From Anolis carolinensis (lineage: Eukaryota): a stretch of 64,000 bases of DNA. The position numbers and the translations under genes were made by a program. The DNA is taken from assembly GCF_035594765.1 (NCBI RefSeq), contig NC_085842.1, positions 117,193,036 through 117,257,035 on the forward strand. The letters run 5' to 3'. The notes under the pieces are model-generated. The model did no database searches. It was not told the origin of the DNA and worked only from the letters and a program-made list of their open reading frames with translations. Below, in pieces: positions 25,925 to 39,460 of the stretch; position 1 is the first letter of the stretch, and each line of letters starts with the position of its first letter.

Positions 25925-26120
25925 AACCAAATCCTGTCTGATCTTGGAAGCTAGGCAAAGTTGGTTCTGATTGGTTCTTTGATGGAAGACTTCCATCAAA
26001 TGCCAGATGCCACATGCTATATTTCAGGAAAAGGAAACTGACAAAGTATTCCCTGCCTAAGAAAACTCTTGAAATTCATGGAGGTCACCATAAGTTAACA
26101 GGCAACTTGAAAGAACATAT
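25925..26120 (+). mobile_element. 5S-derived SINE with RTE-type tail (5S-Sauria-like)
   Basis: atcctgtctgatcttggaagctaggc head; ggaggtcaccataagttaacaggcaacttgaa tail. Confidence 0.6.
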
Positions 26121-27305
26121 GTACACTAAGCAACACATTTGAATTGAAAAACCTTTCAAAGAAAGGGCAGCGTCAAAAAAAGGTTACCCTCTAAAAGACC
26201 CTCAAACAGTAGTCTGATCTCTTTGTAAAACAGGCCATACAGTCACTTGTTTCCCTTTCCTCATATGAATATGAAAGTCAATACTTCAGAAAGGGTAATA
26301 GAGTTTATGGGCCATGGTTAGTATATTTTTGCCATCATGTTTGTTAAAAGAGAAAATATTTAACCTAAGACTAAAGCCACAGTTGGCCCCAATGAATGAT
26401 TCAGCAGAAGCAGCTGCCAGAATGAAAACTTTTGTGAATGTCTGTCTTTCAGAGATGAAATGTCTCAGTTAAACTTATGTGAGGGGAATGCACAAAAGTT
26501 TCAGTTAATCAAGATATATGCATTAAGTTCTGTGTAAGAGACCTGTTCCCATGGTGGTTTGGTCAGCTACTCTCTTCCTTAGAAAGAATTACTATCTCTC
26601 TGCACAGAGACATCTTAGGAACACATGCTTTGAGAAACACATGCTCTGACATGTGTTGCATCAGTAGCTAAGATATCAAAGTGTGGGCAATTTGGAACTA
26701 TCAATATATCTTTATGCCTTAGTTTGTTGAAAATATCATCCCATGCTTTACCCTCCAGCTTCAGACCTCATTACATGGATCTACTTGGCCAAAGAAGACA
26801 AAATGACTATCAATACCCATCACTGTAGATCAGTAGTTAGAGAGCACTGTGACCTTCATGTTTCGCAAGTGGATGTCTTGAAGTTATGAGGTTGGGCAAC
26901 ATAACCAGCCTCAAACTTTTTGTTGTCTGAGATAAAGTTGGTTTCTGTGTACAGAAGCCAAGTTTTAAATTTTCCTTTCAGCATTAACAATGGAGCAGAA
27001 TCCTTCATCACACCTAAATACAGCAAACTAGTTTTGGATCACAAGACAAATCATGTAAAACAGAAAGGTCTGTCTGCTCCATCCTTTAATTCTATATCCC
27101 TGAAGTAAATGCCTTACTCTGCATTTGAGGGAGTTGCCTCATTCTACCTAACAGGATAGCTAACATCTGGAAAGCAGGGTGTGGGACAGCATTTGGACTG
27201 ACTGAGTGGAGTTCTTCTCCTGGTTCTATAATAAATTTTCTGATCCTATTTATCCTGCACTTACAATCTTCTAGCCAATATACAGACCTCATCACATGGA
27301 CTTTT

Positions 27306-27409
27306 GGCTCTGTCCTAGGATGCTTCCAGGATGGAGCCCCCGGAGTCCTTCACATGACTCAGGGCTACTTCTGTGGGGCTCTATCCTGGAAGCATGCTAG
27401 GACTGAGCC
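27306..27409. repeat. Inverted repeat (35-bp arms, 32/35 match), probably internal to a MITE
   Basis: ggctctgtcctaggatgcttccaggatggagcccc versus ggggctctatcctggaagcatgctaggactgagcc. Confidence 0.75.
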
Positions 27410-28681
27410 CTGAAAACACGGGTGACTACCCATGTTCTCATAGCCTACAACGGGGCCAGCATGGGGGGGGGGGAGGGAGAGCCAGGCAGCGACACTTTCC
27501 CACATATGATGGGGAAGGTGGGCGGTGCAGGGCATGGGACAACCGTTTTCCCCACTGCCCCGTAGAGTCATCACACTTCCCGGTGAAGTCCCCTGCTGTC
27601 ACCCACATTAGGGACTTCAATGCTATGAGGTCCTATATCTGTTTTTTCCATGATGGTTGGACTTTAGGAGGCTTCATGCAAGAATGTCTCCCTTCTGTCA
27701 TTTATATTTCCATCAGGAAAGTGGCTTTGAGATATGTCAAGAGAAGTATGAAGAAGAAATGGCAAGCTTCAACTAACATCTAAAAGTAGAAGTGATCTGA
27801 AAGTTCTGGATGAGACTTTTTTTGGCTCTAAATGGTGATGCAGGAGAAGGCTTGAATGTATAAATCAAAGAGGGTGACAGAAAAATCACTCACTCACCTT
27901 TGTCATATTTTCTTTCTCTGAGGTCTCCCGACAACACATGATTAGAATTTTGAAATTAGATGTTAAGAATAATATAGTATATTAATTTGTTGGAGTTTTG
28001 AGGAAAAATGACTTCACATTTTGCTTTTAGCCTGATGAAGACAAGAATAAATAGTGAATTGTAACTTATTTTGTTATTCTTTATTTTACATCTCCAGTCA
28101 CTGATCCAAGATAGGCTCTGTTTGCCTTCATTAAAAGAATAATTAATTCAACAGTTAATTACTGTTTAACACAATGACCTAAAGAAATACATTTTTGGAG
28201 CTAAGAAATGACTTAATGAGATGGATTCACTTTAAAGGCAATATTCTGAGTTTGCACACAGTAATATAGATATATACTATTATGTAGAAGTCTAGACCTT
28301 TTACTTGACAAATCAAACCCAAAAACTTGGATTGACTTATACACAGACCAGTGTAAATACTATGTCTTAACTCTTAGAAAAATGAATCATGATTTTCTCT
28401 TAGTAGAATAGTAAAAGGAGAGAGTCTATCTGGGGGACCCTAAAAGAAGAACTGGTTCCCCCTGATTTTCTCTGCCATGATGCTGCTTTTGACCTTTTTG
28501 AAAGACTGAGCTGGAAAGTGATGGCGGTGGCAGCTAGGGATGACAAGCCCCTGGGGTGGTGCTAGCACTTTCCTCTTGCCTCAAAATAACATTCAATTTA
28601 TCCATGGGTCATATCAAAAGCCATAATTTTGGCCTCCAAACATGTTCTCAACTTATACATGAAATTGACGCATATGTGAAT

Positions 28682-29001
28682 AAAGGTAAAGGCAAAGCTT
28701 TCCCCCTGACATTGAGTCCAGTCATGTCTGACTCTGGAGGTTGGTGCTCATCTCCATTTCTAAACCAAAGAGTCAGCGTTGTCCGCAGAACCTCCAAGGT
28801 CATGTGGCCGGCATGAATTCACAGAGTGCTGTTACCTTCCCACCAGAGTGGTACCTATTGATCTACTCAAATTTGCATGTTTTTGAACTGCTAGGTTGGT
28901 AGAAGCTGGGGCTAACAGCGGGCGCTCACTCTGCTCCCTGGATTTGAACCTGTGAGTCCACAAGTTCAGCAGCTCAGCAAGTTAACATGCTGTGCCACCG
29001 G
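28682..29001 (-). mobile_element. Sauria-type SINE
   Basis: aaaggtaaagg tail and body match the reverse complement of 7971-8298. Confidence 0.85.
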
Positions 29002-29042
29002 ATATAGTATATTCACAGAATGTGAAGACATTGGATCTGCTG

Positions 29043-29449
29043 TGTGATGTCTCAGGCACCTTTGGCCCCTGACCCCGCAGCCATTTCGGACCAAACTGAA
29101 GAGGATTTGAGTTTTTTCCCAAGTGAGCAAGATTCAATTCCTTTCCAAATGCCTCCTGTTGACATTTCCGTGCCAGAGCCAATTAGGGACGCCCTTGAGA
29201 AGGTGCCGGTTCTTCCCGGCTCTCCGTAGAGGTTACTGTTTGATAGAAGGGATTTGGATTTTTGAACTCTAATACCGGACATAAGATTTTATATTATTGG
29301 ACTAAAATTGATCTTTCCTGGAACGTCAATTGCTACTTCTACCTTACTGCTTATTTTCATTTGGAACTTTAATTGCTTTAATAAAGATATTATATTGTTA
29401 TTGGCTTCTGTGTTGGTTCCCAGTGTTCGCGCCGCCTAGGAGTGTTACA
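29043..29449 (+). mobile_element. Solo LTR (Gypsy-type)
   Basis: TG...CA termini, perfect 5-bp TSD tgctg, aataaa near the 3' end; shares start (tgtgatgtctca) and end region with 34933-35807. Confidence 0.85.
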
Positions 29450-30247
29450 TGCTGCTCGATTTTCTGCTTTCCATCTTGTTACAAGTAAGGTTTTTGTATT
29501 GACAATGTGGAAAATGTGTGATCCTTCTGATACAGAACTACCTGAATGGATAGGAATGATGAATGTTGCAGACTAACATCTCCTGGAGGAATATATATGA
29601 CCTACCTTTCCTTATGAAGTCTCTTTTATATGATGAATTATCTAGAGTTGGCTTCAAATCAAGCAGAGAAATGAAAATGTTGATTTGAGTGGAAAGACTG
29701 CTTTTCCTTCCCAGCTATTTCTTCACCCAAAATTACTCCTCTTCCAACACCTTTTTTCTCTTTCCCTAGAATTTAAAAGTCATTGGAGATTGTATCATTT
29801 ATTAAAGGATTAAAAACAACTTCCCTCTTCCTTCTGTCAGCTCAATCTGACTTCATGCCTTCTGTGGGAATCTTGAATTAGAATCCAGGAAACTGTTGGA
29901 GACAAATAAAAATAAGGCTCCTTCCTTAGTGATTCATAGCCCCAAGTAATCTCAAAGGGCTCCACCTCATCTGTAAAACCAGGAAAAAGAAATATGATTA
30001 GAAAAGTAGTGCTAGGTAATATTGTTATGTTACCAAAACAATCATGCATTAGAAAGTTTCTTGTCCAACACTTTTGTTTGAAAGGGAGAAAACTCTCATG
30101 AGACGCATCCATTTAGAAAAAAAAAATCCAGAAAGGACTAGTAGATGCATTTTATTCTTGTTTGAGATTCTGGTCTACCAATAGGTATGACCTGCCTTTG
30201 GAGCTCAGGGATTCCATAGTGGCCTGCATCTAATTAAGACACCTAAG

Positions 30248-31084
30248 TGAGTATTTACTTCTTACTACTTAGGGAATCCCTCATAGTTCGAGGATGATGG
30301 TCTTCCAACCGTGGGGTCCTGTGGGTGGGTTCTTAGGTGGCTAAAGAGGCCTATTCTTGATCTGCAGGTTCTACCGCAGTGAGGACACCTGCTGCATATA
30401 TGGCAGCAGGTGGAAGGCAGTCTCGGTCAGGGTTGGCTTGACGGGCCTTCCTCTTGGCATGTTTCTCCCTTAAGCCCTCCATTCGTGCCTCTTCAAACTC
30501 CGCAGCACTGCTGGTCACAGCTGACCTCCAATTAGAGCGCTCAAGGGCCAGGGCTTCCCAGTTCTCAGTGTCTATGCCACAGTTTTTAAGGTTGGCTTTA
30601 AGCCTATCTTTAAATCTCTTTTCCTGCCCACCAACATTACGTTTCCCGTTCTTGAGTTCAGAGTAGAGTAGCTGCTTTGGGAGACGGTGATTGGGCATTT
30701 GGACAACGTGGCCAGTCCAGCAGAGTTGATGGCGTAGGAGCATCGCTTCAATGCTGGTGGTCTTTGCTTCCTCAAGCATGCTGATATTTGTCCGCTTGTC
30801 TTCCCAAGAGATTTGCAGGATTTTTCTGAGGCAACGCTGATGGAAACACTCCAGGAGTTGAGTGTGACATCTGTAGACAGTCCACGTTTAGCAGGCATAG
30901 AGCAGGGTTGGGAGGACAATGGCTTTATAAACAAGCACCTTGGTATCTCTACGGATATCCCGATCATCAAACACTCTCTGCTTCATTCGGAAAAATGCGG
31001 CACTCGCAGAGCTCAAGCGGTGTTGTATTTCAGTGTCAATGTTGACTTTTATGGAAAGGTGGCTGCCAAGGTAGCGGAAATGGT
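30248..31084 (-). mobile_element. 5'-truncated RTE-clade LINE (non-BovB, RTE-1 type)
   Basis: DHFRYLGS..EIQHRLSSASAAF..VYKAIVLPTLLYAC and RLPKQLLYSEL; probable 8-bp TSD cacctaag. Confidence 0.85.
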
Positions 31085-31816
31085 CACCTAAGCTTTCAAG
31101 CATGTAAAAGTCAGTTTCAAGTACTAAATAATCAAAACATTCAGAAAATGGTCCTTCTGGAACAAGAGACTCCAGTTTCATCCTTCTGTCACTCTCTGAC
31201 CAAATCACAATATTTTATTATCTTTTCTAAATAATGTTTCTGTCCATGAGCCAAAACATCAGTTCATTTTCAGACATTACGTATCTGAAGATCTTTTGCA
31301 ATCTTGTTTACAGCAGACTACCTATTAAAGGTTTTTCAAATGGGGACCAATTGTGGAAGGTAGAGAGACAACAAACATAGAGGAGCTGTTCCCTTCTTAA
31401 TCATTAAATCCCAATGGAGACTGACAATCTTCAATGGGAAAGCTATGCAAACAGGCATTTTTATCTCCTCCATTCTACTGTCCCACTCGTTAACATCTCA
31501 AGCCTGAGCTTTCATCAGCATCTCAAATCTGGATTTTACAAGAATTGAGCAACCCAAGAACAGTTTCATGCATCTCTAGTCATTCACTTTACAGTTACAT
31601 ATTAAGTCACATGGAAAAGCAACTCCTGAGCATAAGGAAGCCTGAGGGATATGTTGACAGCTGTAGATGTCAGTGTGTGGGATGATCAGAAAGCTTATCT
31701 GGAAATAATCGCTGAATCTGATTTACCTTTTTGTTGACATGCATATGATATGCTTCAACATTATACTGTTATGAAAAAGCTGCAATATTATACAAAAATA
31801 TTTTTAACAGGCATTG

Positions 31817-32047
31817 GACCTCATGAACTAGCTTATAATCATCCTGGTATAATATTTCTGAACCCTGTATTGTATTAGGTCAATTGGGGGGGGGGGAGCC
31901 GAGTGGCCGTTGCTTCCTCTCATGAGATGGGGCAACAGGTAAGTCAGATAGTGTGGGGTGTGGAGTGATGGGTTCCCCATGCCCATGCCAGGCACCACCA
32001 GAATCACCACGATGTGAGTCAATTCCAGTGGCCCATCTGATGAGGTC
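31817..32047. mobile_element. Harbinger-like MITE remnant
   Basis: Short TIR gacctcat / atgaggtc around a GC-rich body. Confidence 0.4.
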
Positions 32048-32299
32048 AATTGTCTGTGTGTTCATCTGCCCTCTTGACTACATTCTGATCTTGTTTGACT
32101 ACATGTGCCCAGTTTTCACCAAAAAGAGGAAACAGAGATGGAGGAGATGGTGCTTTGTCAGAGGTTAAGTTGTCCCATCCACAGTGATGATAGGAAAATA
32201 GAAGCAAAAGCCATCTCCAACAAGAGATAAAAGTTTTCCTTGCCAGCTACTGGCTACTTGAGAGAGCAGCTTTGCTACTTGTCTTCCCCACTACTCTAA

Positions 32300-32618
32300 A
32301 AAAGGTAAAGGTTTCCCCTGACGTTAAGTCCAGTCATATCTGACTCTGGGGGTTGGTGCTCATCTCCATTTCTAAGCCGAAGAGCCGGCGTTGTCTGTAG
32401 ACACCTCCAAGGTCATGTGGCCGGCATGACTGCATGGAGCGCCGTTACCTTCCCGCTGGAGCGGTACCTATTGATCTACTCACATTGGCATGTTTTCGAG
32501 CTGCTAGGTTGGCAGGAACTGGAGCTAACAGCGGCTGCTCCCATCACTCCCGGAGCTTAAACCTGGGACCTTTCGGTCTGCAGCTCAGTGCTTTAACGCA
32601 CTTTGCCACCGGGGCTCC
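32300..32618 (-). mobile_element. Full-length Sauria-type SINE
   Basis: aaaggtaaaggtttcccctgacg tail through gccaccggggctcc head. Confidence 0.88.
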
Positions 32619-34789
32619 TATTCCAAGTCAAAAGGGGATTTGCCCTATGTTGCTTAGGCTAACATAAGCCACGAGTAGAATTCCAGAAAACAGTTAGGGT
32701 TACTTTGACAGCAGATCATAACAACAGGATGCCAGACTATACCTTATTTTATTATGTTACACTTAAATCCATTCCTTTCATTTTAGTGAAAACTGAAGGC
32801 AAAATATTTTGATTAAACATTGTGTGTGTGCGCGTGTGTGTGCAAACAGGCATATATGGCAGCAGAGTGATATTGCATAGCAAATGATCACCATTAAAAA
32901 AAACCTGCCAGGTGCAGTTGGTTTTGAAGACAAGCACATTCAAATTTCTTGTCCAGTCTTAACCTTTGGTATATCATTTATACTGTATATCATACCTAGC
33001 CATAATAGCTTTTGGTAGAGTGTCAATCAGATAAATACTAAGCTGCCACAGGTCAGTTTTCTTATGTTAGGATTTTTTTTTTTACATTACTTCTGCCAGA
33101 TTGTAGAAGTTCAATGTAGATATTGTGACTACTGAATAAAAGCAACCTCTTAGACACTTGTAGACGGAGGAGATAAACCAAAAAGATAGGAATTACTACT
33201 TATTATTTTAGGAAATCAGTTTGATGATAGAAAAAGGATTATGTACACAGTGATGAAAACCTAGGCTCAATCTGAATTAATTCCTGGCTGTATTCATGAT
33301 TTTCCTATATTTTGTTCTGCTTCAGGAAAAATCAGGGGTGCTGCAGAGTTTGATTGAAACCCTGGAATATCCCCTGTTTTTGGGACTGTATGGACAGCAA
33401 GATTAGACCTAATTCAGACTGGTTTGCTGTCCGCATGGGATGCCATTGCCATCACCTTTTTCCTGAATTCATCAGCAGAGGGAGAAGGTAGTCAATGTGC
33501 CGGTTGCTACTCCAGCTACCAATAGAGCTCCATGCAAGTTCCTGGCCATCACAGATACCATGTTCTGATGTCAGTAGAGTTACCCACACAAACAGAAAGA
33601 AGGTAAGGAAATCAATCTCATCCTTCTTGGTCACACGGGCACCTCCGGTGATGTCAGAACGGGGTGCCTGTGATGGCTAGGTGCTCACTCAGACCTATGT
33701 GGCAAACTGAGAGCACTTACGGCAGCAAAACAGAATGTGAAGTGATGATCCAGTAGAGCCAATGCAGTCTTGGTCTGGTTGGATCATGTGGATGCCAACC
33801 TACCACCAGAGCAGGTTTGGCAGGGTGTGTGTGGCTGGTGAGATTCACTGAACAGTGTAAACCCTAAGAGGAAAAAATTGTTATCTTATCATGTCCATCT
33901 GGTTATCTATGTTCTTGCCTCTGGTTGAGATCACTTCTCTAATTATATGGACTGCTCTGAGCATGGGACAATCCAAGGAATGCCTAGAGTATGGGACTAT
34001 CCAAGACCACAGTAGTAAAGAAGAAGGTGAGAATGGAGCCCAGAAGCCCTGAAAGCTTTTTGATGTAACAGAAGCTCATTTAAATACAATTGATAAAGGA
34101 TTGTTATTCTTTCAACATCTTTTATAGATACTAAATCAGGCTTTTCCTGAAAAAAAATTGAAAAAGATTTCCCAGTTTTCCTAAATATCTTCCTTTTACT
34201 ATGTAACTTAAAAATAACATTTTGGATGATACTTCCACACAACTTAATGCTGCATATCAAACTTCCTTGCAGCACCTAATTTTAATTCAGTTTTCTGCCA
34301 CAAAGGAAAATATTTGCTTGCCTTTGTTTTTTGTAGAAACATGAATATGTTGAGATTATTGTATTACATTTAATCATTTATGTCTTTTTTTCTCATACAT
34401 TCAGTGAAGCTAATGGAATGCTAACTTCAGAACAGAAGATGGCAGAACAGCTATCTTCAATTAGCTTTGCTATGCTTGCTGACTTCAGAAGATTGATAAA
34501 AACCTCTATTTTCTCCACTGTCCTAAATAAGAATATGCTTTAAAGGACAGTGTTTCTCAAATTAAAACCAGGAGAAATGTGACAAAATAACAGTAGATAG
34601 TGGCCACGTTATTAATGGAAAAGAACAAACTAGGAGAGGCTGCAGCAGTTTGCTTTTGCCTGAGTCTCTCCTCCCCTATCCCTCCTGCTGAGTTCATTCA
34701 GCACAATTGTTTTTGCAATTTAAACTAAGAACTCTTTCACTTTGCACCATCAACTGTATTTTAACTATGTTGTGTCCTGCCTCAAGCCA

Positions 34790-36190
34790 TTATTTATTTA
34801 TTTAAAGTATTTATATTCCGCCCTTCTCACCCCAAAGGGGACTCTGGGCGGATCACAATGTACACATACATGGCAAACAATCAATGTCATTAGACATACA
34901 GACAGAGACAGAGACGAAGACACAGAGGCAAGTGTGATGTCTCATGGGCCATGTAGTCCCGTTCCTAGTACTATTGTGGCAGACGAAGAGGAAAACTTGG
35001 GTTTTCCACCATTTCAGCCAGAATTGGAACCCCTGCACCTGCAAGATGTTTGCCCACAAGAAGTCAGCCAAACAAGCCTTGAGCAGAATTCTCCCCCGTT
35101 CTCTCGCAAAGATAATTATAATCGAGATAGCTAGGGAGGCGAATCGCCGAAGCGCCAGAATCGCTGCCAGACAATTAGCTGATTAAGCCTGTTTCCCTTG
35201 GGAAATCTTAAGGAGTCATGCATCTGGACACAGTATGGGTTTCACTTCTTGTTCCCCAGGGAAAGTGTTCCTTGGCGGGAAAACAAGATCCTATATAGGT
35301 GTTTACCCGCAAGGAAATCCTTGCGGAGTCAATTCGTCAGCTTCTGGAGTGAGATCGTGTGTGGACTACGCTACTCCAGTTCCTTGTTCCCAGGACCTTG
35401 CCACGGACCTTGTTCTAGTTCCAAGCCTGCCTTGTACCCCGGACCTCGCCACGGACCCTGTTCTTGCTTATTGCATCTTGTTGCCTCGTATCAAGTCTTG
35501 ATTGCCAAGAATCTAGTTTGTTTTCCAGCCTTGTTGTCAAGCTCCATTGGACTAAAGGACCTTGTCATTTCCCCACACTTTGCTTGGCAAAGTGTGTGTT
35601 TCGGTTATTGGATTATAACTTTGGACTCTAATATCTCATATTGGACATTGATTTCCTGGACTATATTTGACCTTTCCTGAAAGGTCTACTTCTGAGCTTT
35701 ATTCTACACTTGTTTTTATTGACTTTATATATTTCTTTAATAAAGATATTAGATAGATTCTGGTCTCTGTGCATGGTTATTGGTGCTCTGCAGCCTGGGT
35801 CCTGACAGCAATTTTAACATTTTCCAGCTTCCAGGCTTCATGAGGATATGCTCAATTCCGGCCACAGGGGGAGCTGCTGTGTCATCATCCACTGTGACAC
35901 CGAGTCCTTGATGGATTGCTTCCTCATTCCTTTCTGCATGCTGCTGGACGATTTTTATGGTGTTGTAAATTAGTTAAATTAGCCTCGCCGCATAAGCGGT
36001 ACCAAAATTTTCCTACTTGATAGATGCAACTATCTTTCGGGTTGCTTAGGGTTGCTTAGGTCAATAACGAGCTGGGCTATTCTTAATGGTCGGGTGCTCA
36101 CTCCGACGCAGGCTGGCTTCAAATTCATGACCTCTCGGTCAGTAGTGATTTATTGCAGCTGGTTACTAACTAGCTGCACCACAGTCCGGC
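34790..36190 (-). mobile_element. Long L2-tailed SINE split by a solo LTR
   Basis: 34790-34932 plus 35808-36190 reconstitute the 11051 family (reverse complement). Confidence 0.8.
34933..35807 (+). mobile_element. Solo LTR (Gypsy-type), 875 bp
   Basis: TG...CA termini, 5-bp TSD gcaag/gcaat (one mismatch), TATA-like ctatatag (~35291), aataaa (~35739). Confidence 0.85.
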
Positions 36191-36222
36191 CATACCTAGC
36201 CATGAGGATAGGTAACAAATAT

Positions 36223-36272
<50 letters not shown>
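36223..36272. repeat. (TTG)n microsatellite
   Basis: Seen directly in the sequence. Confidence 0.95.
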
Positions 36273-36558
36273 ATATCATCATTGCACAATGATTCCACTG
36301 GATGCATCTCAGGGTTTTGTAGTCTGGTGATGAGCTATAACTCTCTGGCTAAGAATTGTAAATGTTGTAATTGTGCAGTGTGACCAGACTCTCCGCTTGC
36401 AAGAACTGAAGTAAGCCAGATGTGTGGCAGAAGCTAAGAGGAGAAGAGAGAATCCAGAATGCTTTAAAAGCAATTGAAACCATGGGGCAGGGGACTAACT
36501 GGGACTGCCCTTGCCAAATCAGGACAGTTGGAGTATATGGAATAGCCAAGTAGATGTT

Positions 36559-36706
36559 AGGCCCCTTTTATACTGCATATAATTCAGATTATCAAGACAG
36601 ATCATCAGATTATCTGCTTTGAACTGTATTATATGAGTCTACACTGCCATATAATCTAGTTCATACCTGATAAATCTGGGTTTATACTGCAGTGTAGAAG
36701 GGGCCT
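36559..36706. mobile_element. Harbinger-like MITE
   Basis: TIRs aggcccctttatactgca / tgcagtgtagaaggggcct. Confidence 0.7.
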
Positions 36707-38704
36707 TACAAGATTTGAAGACAGCTTCAGAGATTATATATCTCTTGTATGCAAAAGGATCACTGCAGCATCATCTTTGTCCTAGCCATCATTAGACCAA
36801 TGTTTTCCCAAAGTCTCTCTGTGAGAACTAGGCTTACTAAATTTTAGTTTCCACAATCTCACACATCAAATCATATAGAAAATTAGCAATTCCAGATGGG
36901 TGTCTAAGGCAATTAGTTTCAAAAACCAGCAGACAAAGGATGCAATGTACTCTTATCCTCATGACCAATTTCCCCACCAGTCCTGTGGATTTTTAAAACG
37001 AATTATTTAAAAATTATATTAAGTGATGTTAATAGGCAGGAAAGTGTAAGTTTCAGAGACCATCTGAAACAAAAAGTTTGCCGATACAGGCAATCCATTA
37101 AATACTCAGGCTTGTTAGGGAAACTGTGGTCATACTTAAATTTCCTGGTTTAGCAGCATCTTCTTACCCCATTTGTGCCTGAGGCTAGACTGCTTCTTGT
37201 TTTCATATAACACAGTACTTATTATTGTGATTACATTTCTAGGCCTATAAGGTATGATCTTGCTGTTCCCTCCAGAAATCACGAAAATAAAGCTGAACGG
37301 CTACCATGCATATCATCAGTGAAGACACTGTGACTGCTCTATGTATTCAGTATTTTTCCTTGGTATAAGATAAGGTCAGCCAGAGATTTTAGGCAGATAT
37401 ATTAGCAGAGGAAGGGTGGGGGCTTTCCTTGGTGTTCAGGCCTGAGGAACAACATGCAAGATAATAAAGAAGAGAACAGCTCTTCTATGTTTGTTGTGTC
37501 TCTACTTAGCAACAATTGGTTCCTATTTGAAAACCTTTAATAGGTAGTCTGCTGTAGCCAAGATTGCAAAATATCTTCAGATTTGTAACTTCTGAAAATG
37601 AACCAATGTCTGTCTTAAGTCAGAGGAAGAGAAAAAAAATCATACCCTATAAAGGAAAAAAAATGAATGTTTCTGCTAACCAAAGATATGCAGGGCTTTT
37701 GCCCTGGAAATTTTAAGTAGAAATTGCAGAAAACAGTTGGAATGAAAGCATTCTTGAAGTGGGATCAGCATACAACATGAAGGGGCATTTTTGGTTTTTC
37801 TACAGATATCCTGTACTAATGATAAGAAGACTTGGTGATGAAACTCACCAGCTATTTGGAAAGTGTCTTACAGAAGCAGACTGTTGGATGTCCCAGTAAA
37901 CTCTGGAAATGTATCTTTTATCCAACAGAAATATGGTGGAAAATGACAAGCTGTCAGAGACTTGGCTTGCTTGAGAGTGCTTGAGTCCCCTGGCATGATA
38001 GACAGGTGAATGTTTCCTGTTTTTGTGACTGGTCTTATTGTTTTTGTGGAATGAAACAGATTCAGAAATGCATTGATTCTGCTGCACACCAAGAACAACT
38101 TTCAATTTCTTTACTGGCCAGTACTTTGAAAACAGAAAATGAAACGAGCTCTGGCAAGCTGCATTACTTCTTGGTTGTGGCTATCTCCTACTCAACTAGA
38201 TCAGATTATTAGTGATTTTCATTGCTACCAGCTCTGATCTTACTTTTATCACTATTACCAAATGGGCTGAGCACCAACGTATTTCGTCTGAAGTTTTTCC
38301 CCAAATAACTTGTCACTTGGCCAAAATAGGATGTCTCTATGTTTAATTTTATGTTAAGACAGTTTTGACAACTGTACAAAATTCTTCAGAATTAATCATT
38401 GCCTAACAAGCTTAAGAGCTTCAAATGGACATTATTTGTATTAAGTCTCAAACTGGACAGAACGGGATTAAAATGTCCATAGTTTTCCTCTGCCATTGTT
38501 TTAGTGGTTGATGTTCTAGAATGTTAACAACATTTGGATATAAGGGATAATGCAATACTAACAAATGATGTAGCACCATCTGTGCACCAAGTGCAATCCT
38601 CACAAGTACACAAAGAAACCTTGATAAGAGTCAGTCTTCTTAATCTATGCCTCCAAATTTCTTACCCTTAGCTTTCCCAATTTGGCAGGGACTGTTCTGA
38701 TTAC

Positions 38705-39007
38705 ACCACATAACAAAAATTGAAAAATGTTCTATTATTGGTTTGAAAGTGTTATTCCTGTTTAATAGTATGGTACTTACGTTGAAAGTAGTTGTTATAC
38801 TCCAGAAACGTTATGTTTGTGGCTGCCACAAACTATGTTGAATTGTTTGAGACTCTATCAGATATTTATTGAAAAACTATAACAAAATGTGCTACAGGAT
38901 GTTCTGCAAAAATAAAGATTTTGCAGTTTAATAAACCTTTCCCATGTTTTTATGATAGAACCAATTAGTAAGTTACATTTATAACCCAGGAACAAAAATT
39001 ATGTTAC
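38705..39007. mobile_element. Probable non-autonomous DNA transposon
   Basis: Imperfect terminal inverted repeats cataacaaaaatt...ttcctg / caggaacaaaaattatgttac; family uncertain. Confidence 0.4.
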
Positions 39008-39303
39008 GTTATTCTGCTGTCATGCCACTTTTCCAGTTCTAAGCAGGAATGGGAGATGCAGAGAGCCAGGAAGGCATTGCTATTCCACCTCCCCAGGTTG
39101 TGCAGGATGGCTGTGGAAATATCATCTTGGATCATCCATGGCCGTACTGCCAAAACACTGGGAAATGTCTGGATCTTCCTGCAGCGGTTGTAACTTAAAC
39201 TCAAAGTCAAGCTGGATCTTATTAGCTGTGTGCATCAAGTAGATGCACTGGGCTAATGTGTTTCCTACACTGCAGCAAATGGCAGTGTAGATGCAGCCTT
39301 ACT

Positions 39304-39460
39304 GCCTCATCACACCAGAGTATGGATCCACTTTAAATCCAGTTTCTGCCTCCTGCAGAATTCTGGGGTTTGTAATTTGATGAGGCCCAGGACCTGTCTG
39401 GCTGAGCTGTTTAAAGGCCCCTCTCTAAAGTAGATTTAAAGTGGATTTAAAGTGGATCCA
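39304..39460. mobile_element. Harbinger-like MITE remnant
   Basis: Inverted repeat tggatccactttaaatc / gatttaaagtggatcca. Confidence 0.55.

Noticed and set aside
26420-26505. Short inverted repeat aaacttttgtg / cacaaaagttt in unique-looking DNA
   Set aside because: Only about 11-13 bp and AT-rich; could be chance, with no other support.
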